Positions 30,451 through 44,646 of a stretch of 64,000 nucleotides of DNA are shown in pieces. The DNA is from Yuukianura sp. NJ FZ-2021. Lineage: Eukaryota. How positions within the stretch are numbered: the stretch's first letter is position 1; every line of letters starts with the position of its first letter. The translations under genes and the position numbers were made by a program. The notes below the pieces were generated by a model, which was given only the letters and a program-made list of their open reading frames with translations, was not told the origin of the DNA and searched no databases. The stretch covers positions 1,488,001 to 1,552,000 of the forward strand of contig CM102283.1 of assembly GCA_046563655.1 (NCBI GenBank), written 5' to 3'.

Positions 30451-32467
30451 TTAATAGTAGGGAGCGAAATTGACATTTTTGTGCCACCTACAATTTTCGA
30501 ACAGTAGCCTCTCGTCTCCGATCTGTCGAAAATTAAAAGAAAACGTTTTCTGTTAGCTAATTCATTAATGCTAATCAATTTAATAATTAGTCTACCAAAA
30601 AATTTACCTCCCCGTTGAACGATAAAGTGTCGAATGAAGGAACTCTCCTAGAAGCAGTCAATTTTGCCATTCCGATAATGAGTTCCCGAATATGTGTAGC
30701 AGAGTCACTGTAAATTTCTAAATGTTCGAGTGCTGAAATAAAAAATAAACGATTGGCCATAAAATTGGATTCCGAAATCAAATTGATACTGAAAACGATT
30801 ACTAGTTTTTATTACCTTTGAGATTCCAGAGTGGCCAGTTATAGTTTGGAAACAGTTTCTCGGATTTCCCGGGTTGTGATACAACAGCATCATCTACATG
30901 GTCAACAGCAGTGAACAACCAACTGATCGTTTCAACATTTCTTCTGTCTTCTGAGCTAAAAGCGAAATAGAGCGACAGGTTTAGTGTCGTAATTTTAGAA
31001 AAGTGCTGCCGGATGTATCGAATGTGTCCGCTATTCAAAATTCCTCCAAGTCCGAAACCTGTAACATTTGTAAATATTTCGTGGAAAGGCACTACGGGAT
31101 TTCCAGCGGAATCAAATGCACCGTTTCCATTTACTTGTTATTCAGTCACGGTATTGAATTCGATGGGTTGAAACTTCCGTCGATTTTCTAAAAATACATT
31201 TTCAAAATCAAGCACGACCCTATCGAGTGCAGGAAAACATGCCGGGGGATTTCGTTGCCAAAAGTTGAGCAATCTCTGCTTAGTTAGTCTTTCAATTCTT
31301 AATTCTCTGAGGTTTGGTTGATCCGACAGTTGGAAATGTCCTTTAGTAGTATACAGAAATCTAAGGGAACAGACGTGACAAACTTGAGCAAGGTTAGAGA
31401 CCAGATTGGAAAGAAACGGTTCTTGGTCATCGTTCATATCCAAATCCAGTTCCAAATTGGGCCTTATAGAAACAGAATAGGCACTTAAATCTTCCTTATT
31501 GAGCAGATCTGGAATACGGAAATCAACCTTAATTGCAAGTGCAGTCAACTTGTTACAACGGGATAAAAGGCTGAAGAGAAGAGGTTGACATTCGAAGACA
31601 AGGCGGTATTGACACTGGAGATCTTTCAGTGCTGCCAGATTGTCGACCCAGCCCAACAGAACCCCAACTTTAAGGAATGGTTCTTTTCCATATTCGTTAT
31701 GGAAGGCAAGTGTATGCAATTTTGGAAGAACGTTGACATTGGACGGAAACTGTTCCACGAAGGGCAGCGCCACGCGTTTCTTATTTGCTATGTCTTCGAT
31801 GTACAGTATCTCCAAGTTTGGCATTGTCTCAACCAGTGTCAGCAGATTAATTTCGAGTGGTTTGGATGATTTCAAGTCGAAGATGGCGTTGGTTATGGAA
31901 GGACCAATAGCATCCAGAAACGATTTGACGTATTCTTCCGTCCCATTTTCAAGGGTGAATTTGTATGCGGCAAATGGAATGTCGTCTTGAATTCGTGAAT
32001 CCAGTAATTTACGAAGTTTGTCCAAGTAGGCTTCTTGGCCTGAATCGAACCTAATGATCGGCAGATCTGACTGACGCAAGTGAGAGCATACAAGGATGTT
32101 CCAGGATCCGTTGACAAGCCGTAGCGACAGTAACGTACTCAGATCCAAGAACTCCAAAACCATCCTCATAAACTGCAAGCATCAAGACCAAGCGAATCAG
32201 AAAACAGCTAATCATAATACGACAAAGCACGGCTTACTTTCACCTTAACTTTTAACATCACCCTGGTTTTACCTCCAGTGGAAGCGGCCATTCGTATTCC
32301 AAAAACGATGAAGTATTGGTCGATGCGGATGCCATTGGTGTCGAAGTTTTCCTCTTCTTTCGTTTTTCCATTCGTCTTTCTCGTACGACCTCTACCTTCA
32401 TGTCCATCGCCTTCAATAGAACATTCTCTGGGATATGGTCGTGAAGGTCCACGCTTTCGGACTTCAT
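30451..32467 (-). CDS. F-box/LRR-like protein, multi-exon
   Basis: F-box PLPLE|FMRMVLEFLDLSTLLSLRLVNGSW spans an intron; downstream MPNLEILYI, LPKLHTL, PNLRELRI and FPALDRV leucine-rich repeats. Confidence 0.7.
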
Positions 32468-33159
32468 GCCTGAACCGCTACTTATCCAAAACACAATTCA
32501 TCCTTAAAAAATATTTAATTACTATTTTCAAAAAAATAAATTGATTAAACTCAGCAGAGTTCGTTCTTCATTTTGTTCCTGAAACGACAGCTGACGGTTG
32601 AGGAAAATAATATTGTAAACATTGTAACCACAAAGTGTGGCTGGCTACCAGTGACAAATTTTTTTTACTGATACCTTACCCGAATTGCTGTGCTTGCATA
32701 GTCTGCCGTTTATTGTTTCGCATCTGGTCATTGGCTTAGAATAAAAAGCCTAATCAAAAATGGCACGCTGCCACAAAATGTAAGTTACGACGATGGTATG
32801 TATCCCAGGGATATTTGGATGCGTTACTTCAACCGAAGTGACAGATACCTGTTGTTGCTTTGTTTTGGTTTGCAGTTTTGATGAATCCCGTCTCCCGCGT
32901 TAACCTGTGGTAGTCGCAGGTAACGGTGTTAATCTACTTCCGGTTCAAGTATTTTTAAAACAACATAACATGAGTTACCAGCAGTGGCTTACCGGTATGC
33001 TGCTCACCATTACTGGGGCTTCGCCCAACACCCGTTTGGCAATCAAACTTTGATCGTACTAACTAGTAATAGTACTTTTAGTTATAGTTACGCTGACTAA
33101 TAAGCATACATAAAGACTCGCAAATATATTTTGAAAAGGTTCATTAATTTAATTTAATT

Positions 33160-33311
33160 TCACCTCCGAGCAGTATTTCCAGCACAATCCAATTATCCGA
33201 TTCTTCCTATATCCAGTGGATCCTGAATTTCTATTAAGACGACTTGTACAGCGACAACCAACCAGTGTAAAATGCAACAAACAACCACACTACTGTAGCT
33301 CTAGTTGACAT
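33160..33311 (-). pseudogene. Frameshifted relic of C-type lectin exon 1
   Basis: MSTRATVVWLFVAFY... then, in another frame, SGSTGYRKNRIIGLCWKYCS, paralogous to GGSTGCSKRRVVGLCWRYCS in the lectin exon starting at 36818. No downstream lectin exons seen. Confidence 0.6.
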
Positions 33312-33536
33312 TTTTAATTTAATTTAGCCGCAAAACGAAAAGTCAAATCGAACTCCAATTTTGAGGTTATCTAAAGGCTGGGTTAAACCATGCCGCAAAG
33401 ATTTCTTATTAGAGTCTTTATGTAATTATAGGGCTATCCAGAAGTTCTAAATTTCCAAGGAGTTTTCTTACTGTCGTGACTAATTTTTATAATTTAAAAA
33501 CATCAGTTTTTTTTTTCATTTTATTTCAATAAGTCT

Positions 33537-34584
33537 TTAGCTGTTGCCGGTGGAGACAAGATTTTCCTCACAAATGACAGGAGACTGAAACGTACAAGGA
33601 CAATTGTTCCACTTTAAGTTTCCCAGAGTGAGTTCGAGGCAGATCTCAGATTCAAGGTTAGGTTCCCCTTCGTTCCAATTGGTATATCCAAACTTCCTTC
33701 CATCGGGCATCCAGTACCAGTCAGTGGCTCCACCACGGATCCACATTCCACCAATCCAGAACGCTCTCCTTGGTTGTGGCACAGTCGAAGGGTCAGCCAG
33801 TTTTTCTGGAGTTAGGGAGGAATGGAGTGCTTGCTGTTCTGCCGCGGACTCGATCGTTGCCATCCGCAGGCCATTGGAGTGACAAAAGTTCAAAGATTCA
33901 GCCCAGGTCAACTAAAAAAAACTTGTGAACTTTTTTTTATTCAACAAAATTCGCGATGTTGACCTTATTCGACTCAAACATTTTACCCTCAGTCCCAGAC
34001 TTCTGTAGTAAACTTTGGACCCAATTGTTCCTAGCAACAACAGATGAGGATCCTGTAAAGAAAGTCTAATTCAGTTACAATTAATTAGCAAGTTGGTACA
34101 AGTACTTTTAGTTTAGTACTTGAGTTTGGTTCTTGCACAGTAAAATGCTCGAATCTTGCGCATTCTGAGGGACATTTCTGTAAGGGGGAATAATCGTGTC
34201 CAGTTCAGCTTCCTTGAACTCAATATCAATGTTGCCGGTGCCCACCAATACCTGCAACTCGACTGAATTAATTAAAACTGAATCATTTAGTTTGAAATTA
34301 TAGCAATTAAAAGTGGTAGATCGTAAAAACCTTGGGCTTATTCTCTCTTTTCCCGCGTGACGATGAGTGCTCATCATTTTCGAAACCTATAAAATTAAGA
34401 ACCATTTAGTTCTTTTTTTTAAAGAATTGCTGAAAAATATTAACTTTATTGCTTATCGCTTATCCGAGTTGTATTACTTACAGGAATTTCCACATTCAGT
34501 GGAACGCTCTGCATTTATACTGCAGCTGTTGTGTCCTACAACCAGAATCATGAACACAACAACTAGTACATCGACGGTGGCCAT
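33537..34584 (-). CDS. Secreted C-type lectin 1 (EPN motif)
   Basis: Signal-peptide exon from ATG 34584; CTLD with TW.E...FC, FWIGG, YTNWNEGEPN, WNNCPC..VICE. Confidence 0.85.
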
Positions 34585-35531
34585 TTTCAGAAGGAAAAAT
34601 AAAACCGAAAAAATATGTGTGAAATTTACTTCGAATCCCAATCGCGAGTTTCTGAGAGTATCGGTTCCACAATGAGCCGAAATCTTAAATACCTTTTGTA
34701 TGGCCTAAATATTTTTTAAAAATCATATATTAATTTAAACTATTTATTTAAATTAGGTCAACTTCTCACCAATTAAATTAGAAACTGCGGTGTGCAGGTT
34801 TTTGTGCTCACTTATATTAAAATGACGCCGTGTAGCGGGAGGAATTGCATCAACATTCTAGTAACATTTAAGTTGATTTCGAAGGATGGCTCCTATTAGC
34901 CAAATATGTAAGACTTTAGCCAATACCTTGTATTGGCCCTTTTTAATTAAAAATACTAATGTTCTGGCTGAGTTATGTAAATTTTTAAATTCCATTTTAA
35001 TTTGTAGCAATACTCTTAAGGCAAGGTTTGTTGAATGTTTAATTTTTTTACGCATTGCGCCTAGCATTATTTGTGCAGTTACCAATCCGTAGACCATACA
35101 AATTGAAAATGTTTTAAACACCCCAAAAAGTTGAAAAACAGCAGAAAAATTGACAATTAGTAACTAAATTAGGAATTAAATTCGAAAGTTAAAATTCCTT
35201 TTTTCTAGACAGAAAAGCAGATGACCTCGAAGGAAAATTAATCCTGGGACAAGTTTTCCACGAAGGCAAACAAAACACTTTTTTAAAATTACATTTCCTG
35301 CTGCGGTAAATTCCCAATTGCGTTGCGTGTCAAGTTTGTTCGTTTGACGGAGGATTTTAGATGTGCTCAACTTTTTGTCTTTTACCGTTTCACGTTTAAA
35401 GCAGCAACATTGCCGACCTAGTATATTGTTACAGTGTTACAGAGACTACCACAGTGTAACCACATGGTGGTTACGAATATGTCAGATATACATATTGGTT
35501 ACACTGGACCTTAACTTTAAATCAAAATTCA

Positions 35532-36818
35532 CTAAATGCCGATAGCCAGCAAGTCTTTTTCGCAGATGACTGGGAACTGATTTGTACATGGAAGATTGTT
35601 CCATTTCTGACTGTCCTTCCATGCTACGACACAAAACTGTGTGTCTGGATTGTTCGGTTGACCTTGGTCCCAGTTGGTGTATCCAAATATTCGTCCGCTG
35701 TTCATCCAGTAAAAGTCATTGGATCCACCAGGCATCCGCATTCCACCAATCCAGAAATGCCGATATTGTGGATCGGTCGATGGATCATTCAGTTTTGCTA
35801 GAGTCATGAACGACTGGAGTGCTTGCTGTTCTACAGCGGAATCAATGGTAGCCATTTCCAGAGCGTTCGAGTGACAAAAATTCAAACCCTCCACCCATGT
35901 CAACTGAAACCAAAGTATTATGTTGTGTTAATTATATGTATAAGTTATAGCTTTCAATAAATGTGGTAATAAGCTGTGCATGGATTGCGAAAGGTCATTG
36001 ACCTTTGTAACCTCGTACAAACCACGTACCTTCAGTCCAAGACTTCTGTAGTAAACTTTTGTTCCAATTCGCCCCAACAATTTTAAATGTGGTATCTGAA
36101 ACAAAATTTCAAGTGAAAAATCTTTGTTTTCTTAATATTTAGTTAGCTAAAGTAAGTTTAAATCAATTTATGGCACTTGCGTTCCGTTCCTGGACATTGG
36201 ACATGCTCCCTGCTAGCTTATCTTGAACGTCGTTAAGTTGAGCTGCAATGGTATCCAGTGCATCCTTGAAACTGAGGTCACTCAACCCTACCTATAACTC
36301 AGAAATGCAATAAATAAATTAATTTAATTCAATCTTTACTGAAAATAAAATAAATAAACTAATTTTAGTGTTTGTTACATTCGGCGTCTCCTGTCTTCTG
36401 TCACGCATTACTCCAAAGTCTGAGTCCACTTCATTCTCATCACCTTCACGAGCAAAATTCATTTTAAAATCACTGAATTTCTGAATTTTTGATTTTTTCT
36501 GAATTACTTCGACAAAATATATCATGAATTACTTCTAGTAATTACTTTGACCGACTTACATGAATTTACACATCCAGCCGCTGAATTACTTGCACATTGA
36601 ACAGTGCACTCCTCTCGCGTTGCACAAAATTCTTCGTCAGTTGTGCAATTCATGGCAGTATAGCACCAGTTCCCAGCACTTCCGGAGCAGTATCTCCAGC
36701 ATAATCCAACTACTCGTCTCTTACTACATCCAGTGGATCCTCCTGGATTTACACTTGAAGCAATGTGTACAACAAAAGTCAAATACAATAAACCCACCAA
36801 TAAAGATCTGGCTGTCAT
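35532..36818 (-). CDS. Secreted C-type lectin 2 (QPN) with extra N-terminal Cys-rich module
   Basis: Exon 1 has a signal peptide plus CSKRRVVGLCWRYCSGSAGNWCYTAMNCTTDEEFCATREECTVQC; CTLD at 35532-35903. Confidence 0.8.
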
Positions 36819-37128
36819 TTTTTGTTCAATTGGAACAAAATTTTAAAGTTTTTGAATCTTTTAAGCAAAAAAAAAATGCAAACTACGCCGTTCAAAGTTT
36901 TTAGTTTCTTGATATCTGGAAAGGTCTAAAGAAATTGGCAACTTGATTTCCAAGAAATGTTATTTTTAGTATCTGACAGTTACTCAAAAGTCGTGATAAC
37001 CTTTGACCCCGCAGTTTCTTATGTGTGCAAAAACTTATAGTTGCTTTGCAAACTAAACTCACTGGAGCATAAAAAGATAAGCACATGGGCACTAAAATAT
37101 TCACAAGACAAGTGTGTCAGAGCATTTC

Positions 37129-38109
37129 TTAAACCTTGGCGGTTTGAAACTTAGACAAGAAATTTCCGGTAGTCGGCAGATTTTTTTGGCAGATGACTGG
37201 ACACTGGAACGCGCAGGTCCGATCGTTCCACTTGTAGTCCTCCCCGTAGAATTGTAAACACTGATCAGTTTCAGGAGAGTTCGGTTGACCTGGTCGCCAA
37301 TGCGTGTAGCCAATCTTCCTTCCATAGTGAATCCAATAGAAGCCATTCCCTACTGCCCGAGTCCACATTCCACCAATCCAGAACTCCCTTCCTGGAAGTG
37401 GCATTGTTGAGGAGTCACTGAGTGTTGCCGGAGTTAGGAACGTCTGGAGTGCTTGTTGTTCTGCATCAGACTCAATGCTTGCCATCTCAAGACCATTTGA
37501 GGTACAAAAGTGCAGCGAGTCAATCCAGGTCAACTAAAAAAATGCTGAAAATGAATTTTCTAAGGAATGCCGTTCACACAAGCGCAGCAGTAGAGTGCTG
37601 TAGTAAACTTTACCTCCAATTTGTTCTAGACACAACATTTCTAAACAAGCACAGTAGCCTAACCTAACATAAATCTAACATTTTTGTTAACTTTTCACAG
37701 AGATACCTTTAATCCCAGACTTCTGTAGTAAATTTTAGTTCCAATTCTTCCCAAAAACAGCAAATGCGGAACCTGACACAAGAATTCAATTTAAATCAAA
37801 GTTAATTTGAATTAGCCCAATTCAAAAGAAATTTGTCGCTTGCGTTTGCTTCTTGGGCATTTGAAATGCTATGTCTGACATCCGGCATATCTTGGACATA
37901 TCGAATATTTATGAGAAAAAAAAATTATTTCAGTTAATCACTTGTGTTTACTTTGTGAATTACTTTCCTGAAATAATTTTCTTACACGAATTCACACATT
38001 GCGTAGTACTTTGCGTATCTTCACTCCAAACACTATGTACAACCAAACCCAAATATAAAACTCCAACAGCAGTGAATTTAATTTTTGAATGAAAAAAATG
38101 GGTGGCCAT
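37129..38109 (-). CDS. Secreted C-type lectin 3 (QPN, WND)
   Basis: Signal exon from ATG 38109; CTLD FWIGG, WRPGQPN, WNDRTC. Confidence 0.85.
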
Positions 38110-38513
38110 TTTTTTAAAAGTTTGAAACAAAATAATAGAAAGCTTTTGAATCCTTGCAACAAAAAATAAAAACTATGCCAGACGGTTTTTAGTTTTCTTC
38201 TGATATCAGGAAAGTTGTAAGTAAGAAATTGCCAACTTGATTTCCAAAAAATGTTTTTTTCTGTCTCATGCATGCTTGGAAGTCGCGATAACCTCTGATC
38301 CGGCACTTTTTAATGTGTGCAAAAGTTTTTACGAAACACAAAGTTTACATTACTTAGCAATTAAAGCATTTTTTGAAATAGGGTATGTTTTAAACGTTGC
38401 CCATTCGGGTGAACATGAAGATGATTTTTTTTTGTTACTGCCAGTCTACAGCGGATGTTCTTCCAGCAGTGGGAATTTACTTTGTTGTAGCCCTCATACT
38501 ACGACCATTTTTA

Positions 38514-39242
38514 CTATTTGCATATACCTGAAACCACATTTTTTTGACAAATAAGCGGCCACTGGAACATACATTCAGAATTGTTCCACTTCCAATTGTG
38601 CCGGAGGTGGATACAGTGCTCGGGTTCTGCAAAGTCAGGTTGAAATTCGTCCCAGTTGGTGTAGTCAAATTTCCTTCCGTCGTTCATCCAGTAGAAGTCA
38701 GTAAGGTTACCCCTGATCCACATTCCACCAATCCAGAATCGCCGTGGTGCTGTGTCGGACAAGTCATTAAGTTTATCCGGAGTCATGAACGACTGTAGTG
38801 CTTGCTGTTCTGCATCAGACTCAATGGTAGCCATCTGTAGACCATTGGAGTGACAAAAGTTGAAGGAGTCAACCCAGGTCAACTAATAAAAAACGTATTT
38901 TGAAAAAACAACAACATTTTTTTAAGTTCGTTGACTTTTGACACACACAAGTTACCCTCAATCCAAGACTTCTGTAGTAAACTTTGGTTCCGATTCTTCC
39001 TAAAAACAGCAAATGAGGAACCTCGCGCGACTTACTATCTTCATTTTTGCTGCAACCTAAATTCAAAAATCATATACTTAATTTATCAAATACAAAAAAT
39101 TATGAATTACTCATCATGCGAATTACTTACACGAATTACAGTCGGCGTAACTTTTGTTATGTCTTTGTCCACTGCAAACGCTTATTATAAGCAAACTTAA
39201 ATATAAGAGACCAAAACCAACAACTAGTGTTGTCGTTGTCAT
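38514..39242 (-). CDS. Secreted C-type lectin 4 (QPD motif)
   Basis: Signal exon from ATG 39242; shared exon VPHLLFLGRIGTKVYYRSLGLR; CTLD WDEFQPD, WNNSEC. Confidence 0.85.
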
Positions 39243-39586
39243 TTTTGGAAAGTTAAAAAAGGTTTTTCTCTTTTCACAAAAAAAATGTATCGTTTTTGAC
39301 TTTTGACTAAAATCAGCCATTTAAATACCACCACTCCATGGATGACCTAAATATTTTTTTGTTTTCATTTCTTTTACTAATCTAAATAAATCCAGGTCAA
39401 TTTTTGATTAGATTATAAAGAAAATCTGATTTAATTTGAAAACAGCTTCAAATCAATGCAAACCCACACTGCACCATGTTTCAGTGAACATTTAGAAATA
39501 AAAAGTACGTCTAGAGCCTTAGCTTTCTAAGGTAACAATTTACTATACTACGGTCTGTCCGCTTCTACTGGTTGACTACGGGTTTT

Positions 39587-42500
39587 CTACTTAATCGAAA
39601 TAAGTCTGTTGGCAATATCAAATGAGTTTCCGTCCGGTTGAACAGAAAACGTATTTCCCGTTTCCACTTCACATACTCTCATGAATCCAAATTCATCAAT
39701 TGACACGATTCTGCAAGTGGCCCAGTTTCCTTTGCCCACTTCAACGCTCACTTCCTCATCTGCACTATGAATCCAATTTGAGGTGTAGAGCGATATGATG
39801 TCCTCCAATCCCCCTTCCGTGTCCACAGAATCCAGGAGACGCTCGAGTTCCGACAACGTCCGAGCAATGTACCGCTCTGTTGAAAATGGCGAAAAATCCA
39901 GTCCGGCACTTTCCGTCGCTTTCTTGAGGGCCTGGTTGAGTGATGTCGTGGGATACAAATTGGAGACGTTGAACCCCACTCCAATGTTGACCACAAACCG
40001 CTGCCCCTCCATCAAAGATTCCACCAAAATCCCGCCAACTTTTTCTCCGCCCAAATACACATCGTTTGGCCACTTAACGCGGAGGTCAATTTCCTAAAAA
40101 AAACGAGATGCACTCGGTTACATTGAAAAACATGAAAAAAAATCTTTTTGTGAGAACTTACACGATGTGGTGGCACGGCAAGAATCATAGCAAGTGCTGT
40201 TAAATGCTGGATGAGAGAAAGACGTCGTGCAATACCACTAGTGTTGTTAACGTGAATTTGAAAGGCAAATAGTGCAGAACCTTCAGGACTCAGCCAAACA
40301 TTCTTGCCTCGCCCTGTAACAAACGAAAAATCAAAACTTGAGTGTCAAATTCAAAAATCAAAATCTAAGTTTCAACATTTTTGAATTCCTTTCCTTCTTT
40401 ATCAACCTACCTCTTCCAGCAGTTTGTTGCTTGGCAATTACAACGAGGCCCTGTTGAAGAGGGCGACCATTGAGAACGTTCATCACAGAGCTGATGACAT
40501 CGGTGTAAATCACAAGGCGACCTAGCTCGCGTGTCGTCAAATTCTAAATCAGATCAGAAACAATTTAAATTCCAATGCTAATTTGGTGACTTCACGACTT
40601 CAGTGACATAAATTAATCGTTTTCAGCGTCTTACTTCAAAGTACTGAACAGTAGAAAAGTTCTTTGGACACTCAAAGTAATTAACAGGGAGGAGTTCATG
40701 CGTTGGAGTCGGGCCCTTGTCGTCACGAGTTAAAAATTCAACTTTTAACTGAGGTTGCTCCAGTCGAGGCGGAGTTTTTGAGAGAAAGTTGAGGATTATC
40801 TGAAAATTAAAATTCACTTTTAACATGTTTTCTTAGTTCCTAGTTGCTTAACATTTTAGATTTTTTTTTAGTGTTGACAAACCTTATGATCTCCCAAAAG
40901 AAAACCGGGAGTGTGTTCGAGTGGCTTAAATTTTGTACTACTGTCCAGCCCGAGACTTCCGCTCAGGAGATAACTGAAAAGTCCATCGTCCGAGCGTTCT
41001 TCGAAATGAATCTAAAAACAAAAATCTAATTTTTGAAAAATTTGAACATTACAATTCAAACTTTGCAAGTTTTTCAAATGCTTACCTGAGACAGTATTGC
41101 TTTTCCTCCAAGAGTTCCACCGTCTAACTGCAAGACTACAGCTTGACCTTTGTCTTTCGATTTTGCAACAACAGAGGTCGTGAGAGGACGAGATGTTCCT
41201 TCCGAATCCACTGATTCAAGAATCCGTGGAAAGTTTGCCGGCGGACCTTGAACTCCCGGCGGACCCCACCCACTTTCCAAAAACAGTTCCTTCGTCTGTG
41301 CCTGCGCAGGACCATAAACGACAATGTCTTTTATCCGTCCTGTTGTAGGTGACGGAGCAATTCCGAATGGCGGCGTTTCTGAACACCAAGCAAAAAGTCG
41401 GCCACCGTCTCCAAGAAACTGGAGAAGAATAGGAACGTTCACAGTTGGCTCTGGGATTCGACCAGAAAGAACCAAAAGTGCAGTTTGATCCGCCCAACCT
41501 CCAACACTCACTTGATCCCACCGAATCTCGTAAATTACATATCTGTAAATTAGTTGGCGGGAGTTTGAAATTTCAAAAATTTGAAAAACGAAATTGGTTT
41601 TATGGTGGTACCTATCGGCTGGAAGCATGGATTTGAGTAGTGTATGGATGCTTTGGCGTAGAGAGTCATCTGGACACAGAATGAGAATATTTGGTGGTTT
41701 TCCTCTTCTCGCATGACTGATCGGCTTGGAAGGCGTCACTGGAGGTATCCTATTTGCACTGGCACTGAACTTTCGTTTTTGTACACAATTTGGATCACCG
41801 TCACCTTGACTAGTAGGAGAGTTACTACGGTCCATGGCAGACGTTGACGATGAGATTCTCCTTTTGGCTAGGTTTGGAAGTAGAGCAGAAGCAGTGTCCT
41901 CTAGGAGTTCTCTGCTGTGCGGTCGTTCTGGTTCGATTGGTGCTGGAGGACCGTCGACAGTTTCCTCAAAGTCCTCTTCAGCTTCGTCAACAGAAATGGA
42001 TCTTGATGGAGATTTGGAACAGAACAAGGAGGCCAGGCTAATAGACTTTTCTGACAAAGATGAACTTCTCTTTGCCTTTCTCCTTGGCAAGGTAAAGCTT
42101 GTTCGCTGCAAAAATCAGAAAAAAAACGAAAATCAGAAACAAATGTTGAGACAAAGATTCATTCGAGAGAAAAAGAAAAGAAAAATTAACATAGAAAGTC
42201 TGACATCTTTGTGATGAAAGATGTTGGGAGTTGATTGTTTCCTAAGCGGAGACCGTTCGTGCCAGTTGAGTAGTGGAGCGACTGTGTTTGCCGCTTGTTC
42301 TTCTTCGGATGCCTCAGCGTCTAAACTGTCTTCACTGATTAATGGTATTTTGTACTTAGAGGTTGCCTTGGACAAACCGTTCTTCGGAGTTCCACCAGCG
42401 GGCGAATCAGTACATTCATAAATCCCTGTAAGGCGGACAGAAGTAACGCCAGTTATGTTTTAGAAAAGTCGCTGTGAATCCAGTACCTGCGCTCAGTCGC

Positions 42501-43525
42501 CTCAATCCTGCGGGCGTGATTGTAGAACCAGTTGAATAAGAATCTTTGAATGAGATCAATGTTCCAGCGACTCCTTTGACACTAACGGCTACTCAAAAAA
42601 AAAAGTAAAGAAAAAAACAAATTCACATTGAACTCAATTTTTTTTTTAAAATTCGAATAGACTTACTCGTGACCCTGTAGACTCTCCAGCTGCCTTCCAG
42701 TGTAATTCCAGCCAAACGATAAACATGCATTAATTCAATTACTTGCTCAACTGTTGACCGCAGAATGATAGTAAATTCATTATCGCACTTCCATGCAACT
42801 AAGGAACCGAACTTGGTAAACTGAAATTGAACAATAAAGGTTATTCGTTAAATGGATTGACGGTAGTGTACCACAAAGTAATTGATTGTTGAACATATTA
42901 CCTTTCTGTTTAGGCTTTTGTCCAGGACTAGTCCTGGTTCCGCCTCAATTAACAAATTGAGTGTGGTTTTGTTTTGTTGCGGTTCTTGCGCAGTCGTTTC
43001 CGGTTTATGGAGCCAAGATGTCCAATCGTGCAACTCTACAGTTTGCTACAACAAATCAAAGTAAATGTTAGTGAACTCGTGATTAACTTTACTATCCTAA
43101 CAAGTAAACAAAAACAGCTGACTTACATGTGGAGTGATGACGAGAGCCTGAGCCTGTGGGCTTTCCCAAAGAAGACGAATTGACCTTGGTTCTTGATTGA
43201 GGCACAACGGCGATATCTGTACCTGCGGAGCCAGGGACAAATTGGCCAGTGACTGCGTGGATGACATGCTCATACGGCCAGAGGTCATGGGCCATAGGTC
43301 GTGCGTCGATGTAGACACCAGCGACGAAGTACTGGACACCAAACATCTATTTTGTGAAAGCGAAGAGGAGTGACCTGGTGACCTATCTTCCTCTGTCCGA
43401 TCCCGATTAATCAGTAGTAACGAATAGCCTTGTTTGATACAAGTCTCTTGGATCCAGGAACCAATTTGTGCTCTTTTTCGACCCTGGATCCATGTCAACA
43501 ACGAATAACAAATTGTTATCAACAT
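39587..43525 (-). CDS. Hcs: Biotin--protein ligase (holocarboxylase synthetase), multi-exon
   Basis: QQTAGRGRGKNVWLSPEG across an intron, KWPNDVY, KVGGILVES, IGVGFNV, IDEFGFM, QPDGNSFD; GKPPNILI N-terminal region. Confidence 0.92.
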
Positions 43526-44646
43526 TTGACCTGCTCCAGCGATACACCACGATCCGAACACAGTCCGATGTCCACCCACCCGATTCGGATCTCAGTTCCT
43601 ATCTGGTGAGACTCCATCCGTAAATTATTGAACAAGTAACACATGATAGATGGACCAGGAACACGCAAGGTTAGCTTTGGGGAGATCCACCATTTGATAC
43701 ACAGTGGAGAAATGCAATGGGAAGTTTCGCAATGGAGAAAGTCAGGGAGAAAGTTGACATTTTTAGACACAAACGACTTCCTCGAGGGACAATTGAGGTT
43801 GAGCAGGAACCAATTCCGAAATGTCACCTTTTCCTCTTGGGGACATTTCATTTTCATTAGTCTGTCTAGTCCGTTTTTTATTCAAAATTTCGGAAGAAAC
43901 TAAAATAAACTCCGGTCTAAACCCCACACAAAATCTGAAGAATTACACAAAAGTTACATTTTTAACTTCAAGGACGCGTCTCAAGTTCTGTATTTGGCAC
44001 ACTTGTTTTGGAACATTCGAAAAAAAAAACATTCAAAAAATATTTAGAATTATTTGTTCGAAAATTTAATAAATTGCTACGCGCTTCGCGCTAAGCCTGT
44101 TAGCTAATTAATGTACACGAAAACAAGACTTTATTTGTTTTAAGAAAACATTTATTACCACTAGCTAAATTCAGATTTCAAGATTTTAAAATGTATTTTC
44201 ACAATTCAAAATATCAACATGGTTAGGTGTAGCAATTTCAAAAAAGCTGCATTTTAAAAAGCGTAAAAAGTTTAAAAATTGGAAAAACTTTTTCACAAAT
44301 AATATTTTGGGACAAACATTTCAAACATTGCCCACTCGAAATTTATTTATTATAAGTTTATTTATGCATGTAAACTAGTTGTAATTATAGTTGTAAAAAC
44401 AAAAACTTAGATTTAAACACCTGTTTATTATTTCATTACTAAAAGTATTTGAAATAAATTGAACTACATTTTAAGAAATTCAACAAATTATACATAGTTT
44501 ACCGGTAACAAAATTTGGCAGTTTGAAGCATGGCAGTCAAGAACAACACATAAATTGAATTGGTTAATGAATAACATAACAAGGAAATAATAAAATGTGT
44601 ATAGTTATGTTGTTAAACGTAATTAAGTAAATTGTTGCTTGTGACC

